The notes: generated by a model not told the origin, from the sequence alone. A DNA stretch of 64,000 bases from Camelus ferus (GCF_009834535.1 NC_045698.1:6326001-6390000), one strand, 5' to 3'; shown: positions 12,728-26,619, counted from the first letter of the stretch. Program-made: numbers and translations.

Positions 12728-12871
12728 CTTTCCTCGCGGTTCTGGCCCACGCACACCCGGCCCCCATGCCGGGGCGTGGGGTTGCTGCAGGACCGCTGCC
12801 GCACCTGGAAGCCGATCCCACAGGTGGTGCTGCACGGAGACCACGAGGTCCAGGGGGTCCAGCCTCCATTC
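12728..12871 (-). CDS. SEMA5A: SEMA5A internal coding exon, 144 nt (thrombospondin type-1 repeat 2)
   Basis: ctcccccag|G AAT GGA GGC TGG...GAG GAA AG|gtacgt. Translation (R)NGGWTPWTSWSPCSTTCGIGFQVRQRSCSNPTPRHGGRVCVGQNREE(R) has the WxxWxxWxxC and CxxTCG TSR motifs. Phase 2 to 2. Confidence 0.97.
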
Positions 12872-15800
12872 CTGGGGGAGGAAGCAACGCGGTCACTGGT
12901 CCGACCGGCTCGGAGCCCAACCCCCGTCTGCACCTACCCCCAAATTCACACATTCCCCTGCACAGACCATCGACAGCAGGCTGTGAAGGAGAGGGGAACA
13001 GACAGCCATGGGAATAAATGCACTGTGTTGCAGGAACCTCTGTCACTGTGAGGTTCCCCCCACTAGCTACCTGATTTTAGAGTCAAAACAGAAAATTTAA
13101 GGGTCAAGTTTTAAGTGCACTGTAAATAATTTAAAATGGGCTATATCAGAATTATATTAATTAAGAAAGTTGTTTCTTAATTAATGAAAATGTTCAACTA
13201 ATGAATTTAATAATGCTATTTCACCGAAAACCAGGGACGAATCTCTGAAACTTTAGAGTTTGTGATTTTTTATTTGACTTGTACTCTATCAGTTATAATC
13301 TATGAAAAGTGCACTTTTGAGCAAACTAATCATTTAAATGCTTACTTTTAAACTCCACTGACATCAATGAAAATCAGTAACTCTCTTGATGGCACTTCTA
13401 TTGACATAGAGCACCATAATGTTCAAAGCTTTAAACAAGCTTTATCACAAATGAAGAAAGGATATTTAAAATTCAGATTCTTGGAGTTTTTTTGAAATTT
13501 GATAAAGATATGAAGTATAAATAAGAAGTGCAAATTATTTATATCTTTATGTAAGTATATATAAAATAAGGTAGATATATTAAAATATAAAATTAAAAAT
13601 TTAATGAACCACTTTTATAAAATAAGCTGCTACTAACAGCTAGAGAAAATTTTTTGTTCAATATCCTATTTTTTCCTTGAAATGTCTGCATGTAGAATAT
13701 TTATAATTTCAATATCTCCCTTAGCAGTTTATCCCTGCTGTTAAAAAACAAACTGTAGGCATTTAAAAATTTAAAAATTTTAAAATATCTGTGAAATTCA
13801 GAGCCCAAACTCTCACACAGACAGTCTACTGCATTTAGAAGTTTTTTCTACTTCTCTAGTTACGTCTGCATTTCTAAATAGTTGTTAAATTCATCCATAG
13901 GATTTAGATTTCCACTGAAAAAATGCAACTCACATTAATTCTTATTTCATATATTTCTTTAAAAGCATGCAGGTCCATAGCTATGTCATTGAAACTCAAG
14001 GCATAAACAACAAATTGAATATGTAACTTCCAATATAATTTCAAATGAATGTTCCTCTAAGAAAATGCTTAGTATATTTCATATTTCCCTCCTTTATTTT
14101 CTGGAACAGAATAATAATCTAAAGAAAATATATAGTGATACTTTGATGTATGACATCATAACAAAGCTGCTTTATGGGAATTTAACCGAAATACCACAAG
14201 AGAAGCCAGATCCTCCCAAGTGGCTTCTGAAGATAACTAGTATCTTATACTCCATTATCTACACAATTTAAAAAAGTATCGAAGTAACTCAGTGAGCTCC
14301 ATACAAAAAGAGCAATTTCAACATAAATAAAATAATACTTTTACTTTCAGAGTTTCTTAATATATGAAAAAAAAAAAAAAAACTTAGATGATGCAGGAAA
14401 CACTCCCAAAACTTTTTGGAAATTCTTAATTTCCTAAACCTTTTAGCAAACGTGACATTTTATAATACAGTCTATTTACAATACATGGAATGTGTCGTAG
14501 ACAGAGAGGTAGGTAAATGGAAGTATATGTAAATGACAGGAATATAAAAGGCGAGGAAATAAGTGAGTGCATTGTCCATGTTTGTTTATTCTGTGGAGCT
14601 GGGTCTGCACGCCTGTAAATGCAAATTAGAGGCAGGCGTGGTAGCAGGCAACCAAAGCAGCAGCAAAAGGTAAGCATACATCAGCAGATGGATCATGTTT
14701 GTGGTTAGGTCAGTCCAAAATAACCCACTTATGCATTTAAAGTATCACTAAAACAGGTTCACTTATTTGATTTATAGTCTGAAAATAACCACTAATTGTG
14801 GTCTGTGTAGTGAATGACATTCCAACTAAAACCAGAGCTGAGGAGGTATCAGTAAAGGAGTCCCAGTAATGCACTTGGTAGTCCTTTTTTCCGTTAAACA
14901 ATATAAAGAAGAATATTAGTCATTTATTACGCTCGTCCAGCAATAACAGTTCTGTAGCTTTTATAAGGTTTCTGCCACAGGCATCCACGGAAATTATTAG
15001 TTTTATAGAAATAATGCAGTGCATAATGCAATATTGAGATGCTTTTGTTTTCTGTAATAACGCAGATAACTGAATCTCTGTAGCCTTGATGGGATAGGTG
15101 ATCTGGGCTGGCCTGTTTGGAAAACGTGAACAGAGGGCAAAATCTGCCCCTGCACCTTGCCTTTTCTTATCTGACCCATCTTCTCCTCTTGGGCAGGCAG
15201 TGCCCTCACTCCCTGGGTTGCCATACAGTGCGGTCACCCAATGTGATTTTCAGGATTAGTGACAACATAGGCAATTCGCCCAAAGATCTTTGCATTCTAT
15301 ACAGGCTCCTGGGAAGAAAATACTGCTTAAAAAGAATTCTACATTAAGTGAAGAGAATTTGAAGACCAATCTGAGAAGCTTTCCTGGTGCTTGTTTTGAA
15401 ATATAAAATATTACTGTGGTCATGGTGCTGGGAAAGGAGGAGCACGGAAAGGAGGAGCAATCTGAGAACAGTTGTTAAAAAAAAAAACAAACAACAAGAA
15501 CACAATACACAGAGGAGACAGGAAACCTACTCCATGGACCACAGCATTTGACCTGTTCTCCTGGTCAGCCAGGAGCTGCTATTAGTTGAGTGGGGGGGGG
15601 CCTGAGCTCAGATACCCCAGCACAGAGAGGAGCTCTTTGAATAAGGATGTGGCTTCTATCTCCCATCTACTGTCAAAGTGCACAGTCGTGGACGCTGTGG
15701 CCGGCCTTTCTCCAGATGCTGCGGGTGTTGGTGGTCCTGACTCTCAGCTGAGAGGCTCTAACACCATCGAGGGTCCTGCCATGGGCTGAAGTCCTGACTG

Positions 15801-15980
15801 GACACAGCTCAGCCCTCCCGACCCCGCTGCGGATGCTCAGGGCCTTCTCCAATTCACATTCTGCACACAAACAATCTCCCTGTCAGGGTGGCACTCCTGG
15901 CCAACCCATGATGGGCACAGGCTTTGCTCCTAGAGAAAAGTCCCATTAGGGAAGGTGTGGGTCAGAAACACAGAAAGATT

Positions 15981-16055
15981 AATTTTATTTATTTTTTATT
16001 ATTTTATTTTATTTTATTTTAACTTTTAATTAATTTTTTTTACTGATTTTATTTA
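15981..16055. repeat. T-rich (TTTTA)n-like low-complexity tract
   Basis: aattttatttattttttattattttattttattttatttt seen directly. Confidence 0.85.
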
Positions 16056-17993
16056 GGTGACTAAGTCCTATCAAGCCTCCAAGCCGTCCCTTGATGTTCT
16101 GCCTTTCTACTTAGCTAGATTTAGTCCCTCCCTCCCTCCCTAAGAATTAGAATTCAGAAGTGATGTACACATCCATGTGTTCACTTTAAGTATAAAATTA
16201 AACCAGATCTTTCCGATCGATAGTAAGTCTGACGTGGCCCTGGCTTGATAATAAAGTCTGGCTTAGCTAATTACTTCATATTGTGATTTCTTTTCATAAA
16301 TCGAATGCCTTTAATCTGCTGCTCCAAGGGAGTGAGAAAACAAATTTAAATGATGTGATACGATAAACAGAGTTTAATCAAAGACACTATATCTGCAAAA
16401 TGGATTGAATTAGCAATATTTTGAATTTCTCAACACTTTCTGAGTATATTGGATTAAACAATAACAGTAATAAGTAAAAAAGAACAGGCTTCATTTAGAG
16501 TCATTAGACCAGCATTTGCAAAGCCTTTCTGAAGCGCTCTGCACACGCTGAGGAGGAACCTGACAAGAGGGACCGAGCAAAAAGAAATGGGCTTGCGGGT
16601 TAGGTGGTTTCCAGTTCTTTCCTTCCAACAAAATTGAGGCCAACATACACAGATTATCAACTGACACAGGGCATTAAAACAGTGTTTGATGTGAGATTGC
16701 CCTACTGTTGGCAGGTAACTTCGAAGGGACATGTAGATTAATGGCCCTTTGCTGCTAGAAGACAAAATGGTTGTTGTGGACTGGCCTAATCCACTTGGCT
16801 CCGCACCACTGTCCCTCTGCTTTGACAGCATCAGTGGCTCCAATGGTTAGAAGCAAGTGAGCAGGAGGGGCCCTACCTCCTGGCCTCGCCACGAGCTGGT
16901 TCGTAAGGATGAAGGCAAATCTCAGCTCAGAACACAATCTGGGACAGGGCCTGCTTTTGTAAATGATGGAGCCCCAGGCTCCTCCCCCTCAGGAGTGTTA
17001 AACGTGCACTCGTGAGAGTCTCGTAAAGCAGGCGTGATGCTTCCGGCCGCTGAGCAGCCAGCTTTGAGTCAGACCAGGGAAAGGCATCCTCCAGGGAGCG
17101 GCTATCACTGCAGACACGGTACCCAAGTCATGCAAGGGCGGAGATGGACGCACAGCGAATCAGCTCAACCACGCTTGGATGCCTCCTAATTCTTCCACCG
17201 AAAACTACCCTTAACAGCCCCTTAGACCTGACGGGGACCCTCTCATGCAGATTTGGAAAGTATATGCACCATTAGAAGCAGGCGCCTCTGGGTGTGAGCG
17301 CCATATAGGGTAGTTTGGGTGGTTTCAGAAGCTGCCCCAGAGTCGGTATTCCCAAACCTGTAAAGGACAGATGGAGGGCAGCAGCTAAAGCTCACGTGCC
17401 ACACGGGTACCTGGCACTGTGACGGCACAGCCGTCATTCAGGGTTTGTACCGGGACACTGTGATTTCTGGGTGCAGTGGTCTTCATAGCAAGTTACTCAC
17501 CTGCCCCCTAAAAGAATGTTGATAAAAACTAGATACCCCTCAACTACTTGTAAGCTTGCATCTATTTTTTTCTTTAAAAGTTGCAAAGACATAATTTCTG
17601 TAACATCACTATTTAAATGTGTGAATGGAATTTAAACACAGTGATTTGATAACCACCTTCTCATTTAAAAAAATTGATGAACAAGGATCTAATTTAACTT
17701 TCAGAAATTTTATGTTTTTCCCTCTTCTCTTTCACATCATGCACACTTGAAAATACTCTTCCTAATCTAACAATGAGCAGACGAACAGATTTAGATTTAG
17801 CTAAATGTACAAATAGCTTTAGAATCCAATTTGTAATTTAAAATCTCCTTCCATAGGTCACGTGATTTTTAAGTGGTAAATGGCCCCTTCTGCCACCTTT
17901 TTCTTGAAGGTGGAAGGCATATATTGGAAGCGATTTCCCAAGCTTCTCCACAGGCTGAGAGTAAAGGACGGCTGAGTGCTGGGGGGGACACAC

Positions 17994-18175
17994 CTGGAAC
18001 AGTTAGCGATCTCCACGCGGGGGCCCTCGCACTGCCAGCCGCCACACTGGGGGGCCGGGCTGTCGCAGGAGCGGGTGCGACACAGGCAGGATCCCACGGC
18101 GCTGCCATCAGTGTGCGTGCAGGGCGTCCACGGAGACCACGAGCCAAAGCGCCCGTCCACGGTGAGATTCCTGGT
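17994..18175 (-). CDS. SEMA5A: SEMA5A internal coding exon, 182 nt (thrombospondin type-1 repeat 1)
   Basis: ttcccag|ACC AGG AAT...TGT TCC AG|gtgtgt. Translation TRNLTVDGRFGSWSPWTPCTHTDGSAVGSCLCRTRSCDSPAPQCGGWQCEGPRVEIANCS(R). Phase 0 to 2. Confidence 0.97.
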
Positions 18176-18359
18176 CTGGGAAGCAGATAGAGGGAGGATG
18201 TCAGAGGGGTTAAGGCTGCACACACAATAGAGAAAAAATGAAAGGTCTCCCACAAGACCATCGGAACTCACTTAGGATACTTCATACTACAATGAAAAAG
18301 AGACGAACGGGGAAGTATTTCAGACTAAAGCAGCAGATGTCTTTGGTGGAGACAGCGAT

Positions 18360-18455
18360 GGGAGGGAGAGGAAAAAAGGGAGGCAGAGGAGAGGAGGAGG
18401 CAGAAGAAAAGAAGGAGGAGGAAGAGGAGGAGGAGGATGGGGAAGGGAAGGAAGG
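18360..18455. repeat. Polypurine (GGA/GAA)-rich tract; polypyrimidine in the pre-mRNA about 190 nt upstream of the TSR1 exon acceptor
   Basis: ggagggagaggaaaaaagggagg...gaaggaggaggaagaggaggaggagg seen directly. Confidence 0.85.
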
Positions 18456-20824
18456 ATGCTAATGACTTGTCAATCAAGTGATGGCAGGACTGTCCACTCA
18501 CGGAAGAAACCCAAGGAACAGGAAGAGTTGCAGTGAAAAAGCACAGACGTACAACTCTGTGAATTTTTACATACCTTAAAAAAATGAAAGATTCATCAAC
18601 TAGTTTTATTTAAGACCTGGCTTAGCCTCAACAGTCACCTCCAACTGATTTATAATTTATAACATATTAAAACAGTGCCTATTCAGCGACGGGAACTCTA
18701 CCAGCTGTTAGCCGGCAAGGAGGAACTAGATCCCCAGTTATTACTGCAAGTAAACGCAGTGATGGAGCTCGGGGCAGGGCTGTGGGAGCAGACGGGCCTC
18801 TGGGCGAGCTCGTGGGGTCTGGAAGGACAGGGAGGGGCCCGTGCTGGGTCCTGCAGGGTGCTGTAGGCCCCAGGAAGGAGTCAGCCGGGGTTGTCGAGGC
18901 CAAGGGCACTGCAGCTGTCACGTGTTGAGGACACCCAGACTGTCCTGTCACTAAGGGAGGGGGTTGGGTGGTGCAGAGGAAGCCAAGCTGAGAACTGAAC
19001 CAGGAGTCATAGCAGGGTCAGAGGAGGGGGCCTGGATACCCTGTGACTGTGACACGGAAGCCCTGAGGGCCCGGGGAAGAAGGGACGGGCCTCACCAGCA
19101 GTCCCCTGGCCCCTGGCGACTAGTGCTGATGGAACAGGGGGCATCATCACCTCAAATGTGACAAGAGGATCTTCTCGGGGGCTGCAGGGTGTTCTTAAGA
19201 CTCAAGACTCATGGGACCCAGCCTCCAGATCACCCGGCCCCAAAAAGGAATCTCCCCTCTGAAAGGGGACAGCAGAAGACCTAAGGGCCAAACCTCCAAC
19301 TTAACACAGGGACTTGTGCGTTTCTTAGCAAATACGACAAATGAAGAGCAGGATTACAAGTAGGTGACAAGCTTTCCCTTCACCCCTGCTGCCCCCACCG
19401 TCTCGCCCCACGCGTCCTGCCCTGGACGACTGCGGGGACTGAGGACTTGTCAGCCGCACAGGAGAGGACTCCACGGAGGAGACCGTCCATTCTTCGCAGG
19501 TTCAGAACAAAGCCGACACCACATGCGTGTGTGGACATCCAGGCGAGCTTCACCTCTGCTCCATCACGCCTCCAAACACGACAGGAAAGCGTGAACTTGT
19601 GTGTTCACGCCTCTGACACGGCCGCTCGCCTCTAGCTGCCACAGTTATGACCCTGTCCCTCCTTCCTTCTGATCAGCACTCCGAGGCTTCAGACCCACAT
19701 GCCTGGCAGTTTCTATAAGAAGCCTTGATGACAGCGAGGGGATAGATTCCACGTGATTCTCCACATCCTCCCAGAGGGAGTGAATCTACAAAGGCAGATT
19801 TTTCCGAAGAGGAAAATATCCCCATTTCTAAGGTCCCTGTAACTCCTCCGTCCCACCGGGACAAAGATGCAGCTTCTACTCTGACCGTAAGGAGAACTTA
19901 CTGTTTTCTTGGGCTCTTGTTGAGGGTAGGGAAGGGGTCAGTACACGGCCTCACTGGGATTTACGATGCTTCCAAATCCTCACGTGGTTTTAAGTCCAGA
20001 CACCTGCCCGCGATGTAATGTTCTCACCGTAGGGAGCATCAGCCCCTTGCTCACGGAACCAGAGTCAGGAACAACAGTGATCACACCATGTATCTGTATG
20101 ACTTTCACACAATCTAGGTCCACGCTCTTCACTAATCATACTGATCATTACTATTCCTCTGTGAGTGTGCTGTCTGGGGAGCCCTGCAGAGCCAGCCCCC
20201 CTCTACCTGCTACCTGCCCTATGGGGGTACGAGCCCCCCCGGTAATGAGGAGTGGTGAGAGGCTAGAGCTCAGAGGCCAAGGAAAACGGCACCTGAGTGC
20301 TTGTCAGGTGGTCGGTACAGGGACGACAGTCTAGTTAAGGCCCGTTAGACATAAAAGCATTGCATGGATCATACGGAAATGATGCTGAGTTCCATTTTGG
20401 CTTCACAGATGCAAATATGGTTCCATGTGCCTCCCTCACGGCATCCAAATGATGCTCTACCTCGGACAAGACCCAGATCTGCATGACAAGGAACTCAGTC
20501 CATGGCCTTCCCCGTGTACTTCTAGATGGAGGTGTTGGTTGGAAGGGGAAATCGGGGACAAGGATTCTCATGGAGGAATAAGAAGAAAGGAGGGCATTTT
20601 CACATAAACATTTCATGGCTTTTATGCAAATTACTGACAGGTTTGGCTCACTGGCTGGATTTATACAGGATATGAGGGATCCCACTGAACAAGTGACTGA
20701 TGAACAGATGAACTGTGGAAAGAGGGGGTTTCAGGGCACGGGGCTGGACTGTGTCCCCACTGGTGCTGCTCTGGGTACGACATAGGGAGGGGCAAGTGCC
20801 TGTGTCTCTTGCACCCCAAACATG

Positions 20825-20847
20825 CACACACACACACACACACACAC
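20825..20847. repeat. (CA)n microsatellite, about 11 units
   Basis: Seen directly. Confidence 0.95.
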
Positions 20848-22239
20848 GTGCCACAGCACGTGGACAATAGCTCAAAGAGCTTAACAGGGAATTTTTAAAG
20901 CAACATGAAAAAACAACCAAAACAAACTGCCACCACTCACGTAGTTTAATGCACCATACTGATGCTAACATTTTACATGAAAAACTTCCTCCTCCTCTGA
21001 AGGCCTGCTTTTCTGTGGACTAGACTCCAGCCCAGCCCAGAAGGAGCCAGAAGCCTCTAGAATGTTGCTGGAGTGTCGGGGAAAGAGAGCCCCACAAGTT
21101 ACGAAGTATAAAATAATGTGGCTTCATATTATCGGTGGGGGTCCCAGAGATGAAGATCTAGGTCCAAAGTACTTGCATTTATGATGATGCTGGAAGGACC
21201 GTGAAGAGGATGTAATGAAAACGCTTTGGGCAGAAGTGTGGGCTGTGTTAAGGGAACAAACAAGGGACGCTGAGGACGCAGGGACAGACAAGGTGGGGAG
21301 CTGGGACAGTGCTCGGCCTGTCGGCTTATTGCATGGAGGGGAGGACAGGTTGTGGGGGCCTGAGTGGAGGACAGAGCCTGGGCTGGAGCTGCCCAACAGG
21401 GGCTGTAACAGGGGCACGAGACCTGGCTGAAACTGCAACCTGAGCAGAAGGAGGGCAAGGAAGGCGTACCCCAGCCTCTCTCTTCCTGCCCAAGGTGTGC
21501 ACAGCCTGGTTCCACCACCACCAGAGAGACCGGGGCGAGGGCGAGCAATCTGGAAGTGGGAAAGCTCAGGCTCAGATGCGGCCCAATTTGCTCAAAGTCA
21601 CTGGTCATAAAAGACACAAGAATCCGTCTAAACAAGCTAAATCCAAAGCCTGTGATGTCAGCCACTTCATTCTTTGGTGTGATTCTTAGATCCTTCTTTG
21701 GTGAGAGTCTCATGGGAATCAGCTTTGTATACTTTTATCCCTGACTGTGTGATAGCAAAGTCCTCTTCACCAGGAAATAACAGACTTCCAAGAGCTGGCT
21801 ACGGAAGATCCAACTTTTGTTAACAAGCGTAATCTCCAATCCTACGTTTATTCATGATCAAGTCATTAATTCACGACCGATCAAGGATGCAGATGTGTAT
21901 GATGAGCACGGAGGTCCTTGGGGACATCCTAGGTCCTTCCTCCACCCCACCACCCTTCTCTTGTGACTAAATCAAAGTCCTATACTTTCTATTCAGATAT
22001 TCTTCCAGAAGTTAAAAGATCTTCCTTTATTTCTTTTCAAAGTCTCATGTACTTTTGGTCGGAGACTAACAAAACAGGATGCTGGATACACCCCGTGGAC
22101 AGACTGGCCTCGTGCTACGGCGCTGACTTCCTGTGACCCTTATGTCTCTCTGTGCAGGTGCGTTCCAGGAAGGGAAGGCGTGCCTTTGAAGAGGACTAAG
22201 CTGAGCACTGAGTGGCCTCCGCTGGGCTGGGCTGGGTGA

Positions 22240-22400
22240 ACAGAGGCAATGTTTACTGCCTCTGAGTCCCAGTCCTTTGATCTATAAAATGGAAGCAACA
22301 GCGTTCATTCCAGGGGTTCATTATGAACTTTAAGTGAGGTAGTTCACTGGCAGGTGCCTCACAAGGCACTGAGCACATGGTCCAGACACACAATTAACCT
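22240..22400 (+). mobile_element. MIR SINE fragment
   Basis: Core-like ctctgagtcccagtcctttgatctataaaatgg. Confidence 0.6.
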
Positions 22401-25337
22401 TAGTTCCTTTCTCCTTCTTTTACAGTAGATTTCCTTACAAAATTCAGAAGTAATACTCACAGACTATCTGACTACCTGGTGACTAACAGGTCACCTGTCA
22501 CTGAGTTCACCTGTCAGCCACCTGCGTTGGGGAGATGAGGCCACTGGGAATGGCACTGTCCTGTAAGTTAGGGGTAATGTCAGAAATACTGGGTTGAAGT
22601 CCTGATTTCTTTTCCAGTGTAATTTTAGAATCTTGTGTAAACCTTTCCGTCTCTGGTGTATCATGCTGCCATCTAAATAAAGGGCTTCCAGCTCAGTCAC
22701 TGGGAAGAGTCCCCTTTCACTCTAAAGATGATGATGGCACAGCAGCCAGGGGAGAATCTGTTATTTTGAGACATGCAGGTGCTTATTTGGTCTCCTTATT
22801 TTGCTAGTTGCTGCACAGCGCATTTTGGAACAGGGACTCACTGTGTGGCGTGACATGCTCATCACCGTGACCGTGAATGACCCTCAGTCCGTGGGTGATT
22901 TTCATGCATCAGTAAAGCCCAGGGAGACTCTTAAGACCACACTAACCTTGATAAGCAACACCACAGGTTATGCAGGGCATAAATGTTACTTGAATTACTC
23001 TAGGTTTGTAAATTTAGATCTTGCTCGAACACCTCAGGTCTCTTATACCGAGAACAGTGCTTTTAATCACAATTACATAAGCAAAAAGAACATTAATCAA
23101 TATGTCAGTCAACTGTTGTCCTGTCTCCCAGACAAGAGAAATCCATAAACATTGGAAATAGGGAACTTTTAGTGGAAAAGAGGTTGCCTTCTTTACTCTG
23201 GCCAATAAAATCAAGTCTTTCTTCCAGTCAAAAAATTAAAAAAAAATTATATAGAAGCAAATTACATTTTTTATAGCTTTGAAAAATACTTCTCTAAATC
23301 GGCTTTGTATTAATGCTAATCATTTCATCTAGCTTATTTCTTTCTAAGAGATTTTTAGGAAGGGGTGTATAATTAAAACAACAGTTGGGTAATATGGGAT
23401 TTCGCATTTTCTATCTGGTAGCCTACATGAATCAGAAAAATACATGTTTTTCTTTCTTGTGTTTTTCTCAGAGTGACATAATTTATTGCCTGTTGTTGAA
23501 TACTTTGCATAGTCTTATAAAAGCGTATCTTGATAGATGACAGATTACATTGCAGGAGATGATAGAGATGGTTTAGTAATGAAATCACCTTGTGCCAGAA
23601 AAAAAAAAAAAAGATCTTGTTATGTGTGTTTTAAGGACAGTGAATCAGAGCACACATCCCAGCCTTCTTTTTCAAGCAGATATGGTGGAGGCGCAGCCCT
23701 GAAATCAGGGCAGGTCCACATCGCCCTCTGACCTTCCTTCAGTTTATAAAGGAAACTATCATCTCAGTGGAAAGAAGCAACTTTAGTGATAACCCTCCAG
23801 TTGCTTCTTAAATATTGGGTCATTTCCATTTTGACTGCAGAACTACACAAGATGCCCTTGTAAACTAAGCGGGTGAGCGTGCATTTCCCGTTACGTAATT
23901 AAGCATGCCCCGACGTCCACTCAAACAGCCTTCAGTCTTTACTTCTTAAGAAGAACTGCTATCATCTTCTGCCCTTCTTGCCACTAACAGTGCCAGGTCA
24001 GACGTCGACAAGGAGATGCGCTGATTCTTCTAACGTGCGCGTCTCGGCTTTAGAGCCACGTTTCAGACGTCGTGCTTTATGTTTTCTGTAGCTGCAAAGA
24101 ATTCAAGGTGAACGCCTTCATGTGGTTCACACATAAGAAGGGTCTTAGCACAAACAGTGGCCTGTCTTAACCGGTTGCACGACACACTGCAACAAAGTTT
24201 GCTTCTCAAATCAGAGATCTGGAGCTAAATAACGAAAAGGACTAGCTGCTAACCCCGCCGCGAGGCTTTGCTCAGAGCCTGGATGTGGCGACGCAGCCAC
24301 CCCAGCAGTGAAAGGCTGAGATCTCATGTCGACCTTCGGGGAACGACACTGGTTCCAATAGCTCTGCCTCCCTCGGGTCACTCTGCCTGATTTTCTCACA
24401 AATAGGAGGACAGGCTTCGTGACACATGGCTTAAATAAAGGGAAGAGCAGGTTCTTTGACAGGAAGCAGACGGACTGTTGAGATGCCTCAGGCAGACACA
24501 GCCTGGACTTGAACTAACGGAACGTGTCCCTTCCCTCGTCACCGCTGTCCTGCAGAGGCACCGCCGGGACGGACAGCTGGGCGATCAGCAGCGACGTGAC
24601 AGCAAAGTGATTTATTAAAGGTTCAAACGTGTTCAAGTTAATAGGTGTTGCTCATATTCTCTGAGAACAGAGGAAAGAATTTGCAATGAAGGTTCTAAAG
24701 ACAAAGGGAGAAAAAAAAGGCTGGACCCTACAAGTGAGGACTCAGACAAATGAACAGGCAAAGGAAAGTTTGCAATCTGTTTTCCTGGATTCAGAGTCTG
24801 GCTCTGAACACAGGGGAGTTTCCCCTCATTCTGCAGGTTCCCTGTGGGAATATGCATCAGGCCGTTTCTCCCGGAACTTCTTGTGACCCTGTGGGGTACC
24901 TGGGAGACTGTCCCACATGGGGTTCCATGATGGCATCCTTTAGTTTATTCTTTTAAAAACTCTACTTAGCTAGTCTTCTGGAATTATAGCTCCCAAGGGA
25001 TAGTGATGGGTGTGGGAGATGCTATTTTAGTAACGTTACAAAGGGCAAAATAGTCCACACCAAACTCTGGAGATAAAAATCCAAGAATAAAACGGAGATG
25101 TTATGCCTCATTTTCAAACTAGCACTGTTGTTTCTCCTCATAACAGACAAGATGATGGCAGCGTTCTGCGTGGTTCTGTGCAGGCTAATGGCTGAATGAG
25201 TTAAGAGAGCACAGACTGGATTGTGAAGAAGGTTCTTACATGAAAATGTGTGGACATCACAGAAGCGCAGGTTAGGGTCATGGGACAGCCGGGTTCCCGG
25301 GGACGGTGTTTCCAGAGCTGGAGACATGGACACTTAC

Positions 25338-25455
25338 AGGGCAGGTGGAGATGCTCTGCTCCCACTGCGTCATGCTCAGGCTCTCCTCCAGGCTCGTGCA
25401 TGTCTTCATCACCACATCCCAGCCACAGTAGGGGTCCTGGGCCCCAATACAGGCG
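25338..25455 (-). CDS. SEMA5A: SEMA5A internal coding exon, 118 nt (PSI domain)
   Basis: tttcag|C GCC TGT ATT...TGC CCT|gtaagt. Translation (S)ACIGAQDPYCGWDVVMKTCTSLEESLSMTQWEQSISTCP contains the DPYCGW PSI motif, and the flanking residues fit SEMA5A rather than SEMA5B. Phase 2 to 0. Confidence 0.97.
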
Positions 25456-25667
25456 CTGAAACACACACCAAAGGGTCAACAGAAAGGCAGGTTTGTCCGC
25501 GACAATAGATGCAAGTTAGGAATTGACCCTGATGGTTTGACATGGGAACTACTTATGAGAAACAAAGTTTTAGTCTGCACACTAGAGAACACAGCTATCT
25601 GCAGACACCAATAAGTATCCAATTAAAATTAAATCATTAAGTTTTGCTGACATATCTATTTTAAAAA

Positions 25668-25845
25668 ATTATTATTATTATTATTATTTTTTTTTAAGAT
25701 ACAGGGCAGACAACTAAATGACTACGTGTGCTAACACAAGTCTTTTGGTGTCATGAACAATCCAAAGTCAGAACTTTGCAAATGTCAAAGATTGAGATGG
25801 TTGGTGTTATCACCACCACCATCACCACCACCATCATCACCAACC
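25668..25845. repeat. (TTA)n/poly-T at ~25668-25696 and (CAC/CAT)n at ~25809-25843
   Basis: attattattattattatttttt and tcaccaccaccatcaccaccaccatcatcacc seen directly. Confidence 0.8.
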
Positions 25846-26619
25846 CCTTATGGACAGGCATTATTTGTTGAACACCTAATGTAACATATAAAATTATTAC
25901 ATCAATTAAACATTTAAACAACTCTAAGGAGGGAGGTATTATTATGTTGACTTTATTTATGAGAAAACAGAGTCACATTATTTATAAAATTTGCTCAAGG
26001 ACAAGCAAATATACCCAAAACCCTGCAACATGGTTAGTTCTATTTTATAAAATAGGGAAGTCTTCCATTTGAGTATTGTAGCTTACAAATGTATTAAAAT
26101 CTTCAATTTAATAGTGGTTTAGTATAGCTCTGTCTGCAATAGTCAACATATTCTATCAGAAATACTGTAGATGGTAGATTCTTTAGCTTTGTCTCAGTAA
26201 AAGAGCTCATATGACATGGGCATTGTTGGGTGAAGATGTTGGCCCATTTACATTATAAACACAGTAGAAGGTAGATGTAGGGATGGGGGAAGCAGACAGA
26301 TGACAGTGATGGAGCCAAAATTATACAGACAAGCAGAGAACTGGCCACCCTCTCTCTGAAGGGGTCAAGAGATCGGGGGCAGGACATGGTTGTGAGGAGG
26401 GGTAGGTGAGGGCAGCATGGACGTGCCAATGTCTTCTGAGTTATAACAGAGCTTACAAGAGGGTGACTCTGTTACAGTTACTGGGTGACCAAGAATAGGA
26501 CTAGAAATTATAGCATAATTATCCAACATGGAACCAGGGAGGTAGTGTAAGTAATTACAAGGCATTAATATTAATGATATTAAAAACCCTAATTAATATA
26601 GCGGATCTTAACCTTGTAG

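Noticed and set aside
12429..13051. Overlapping ~200-aa Pro/Gly/Arg-rich ORFs on both strands
   Set aside because: Alternative frames of a GC-rich exon with few stop codons; no recognisable domain.
18238..18462. Acidic/lysine-rich 74-aa protein
   Set aside because: Translation of a polypurine low-complexity tract.
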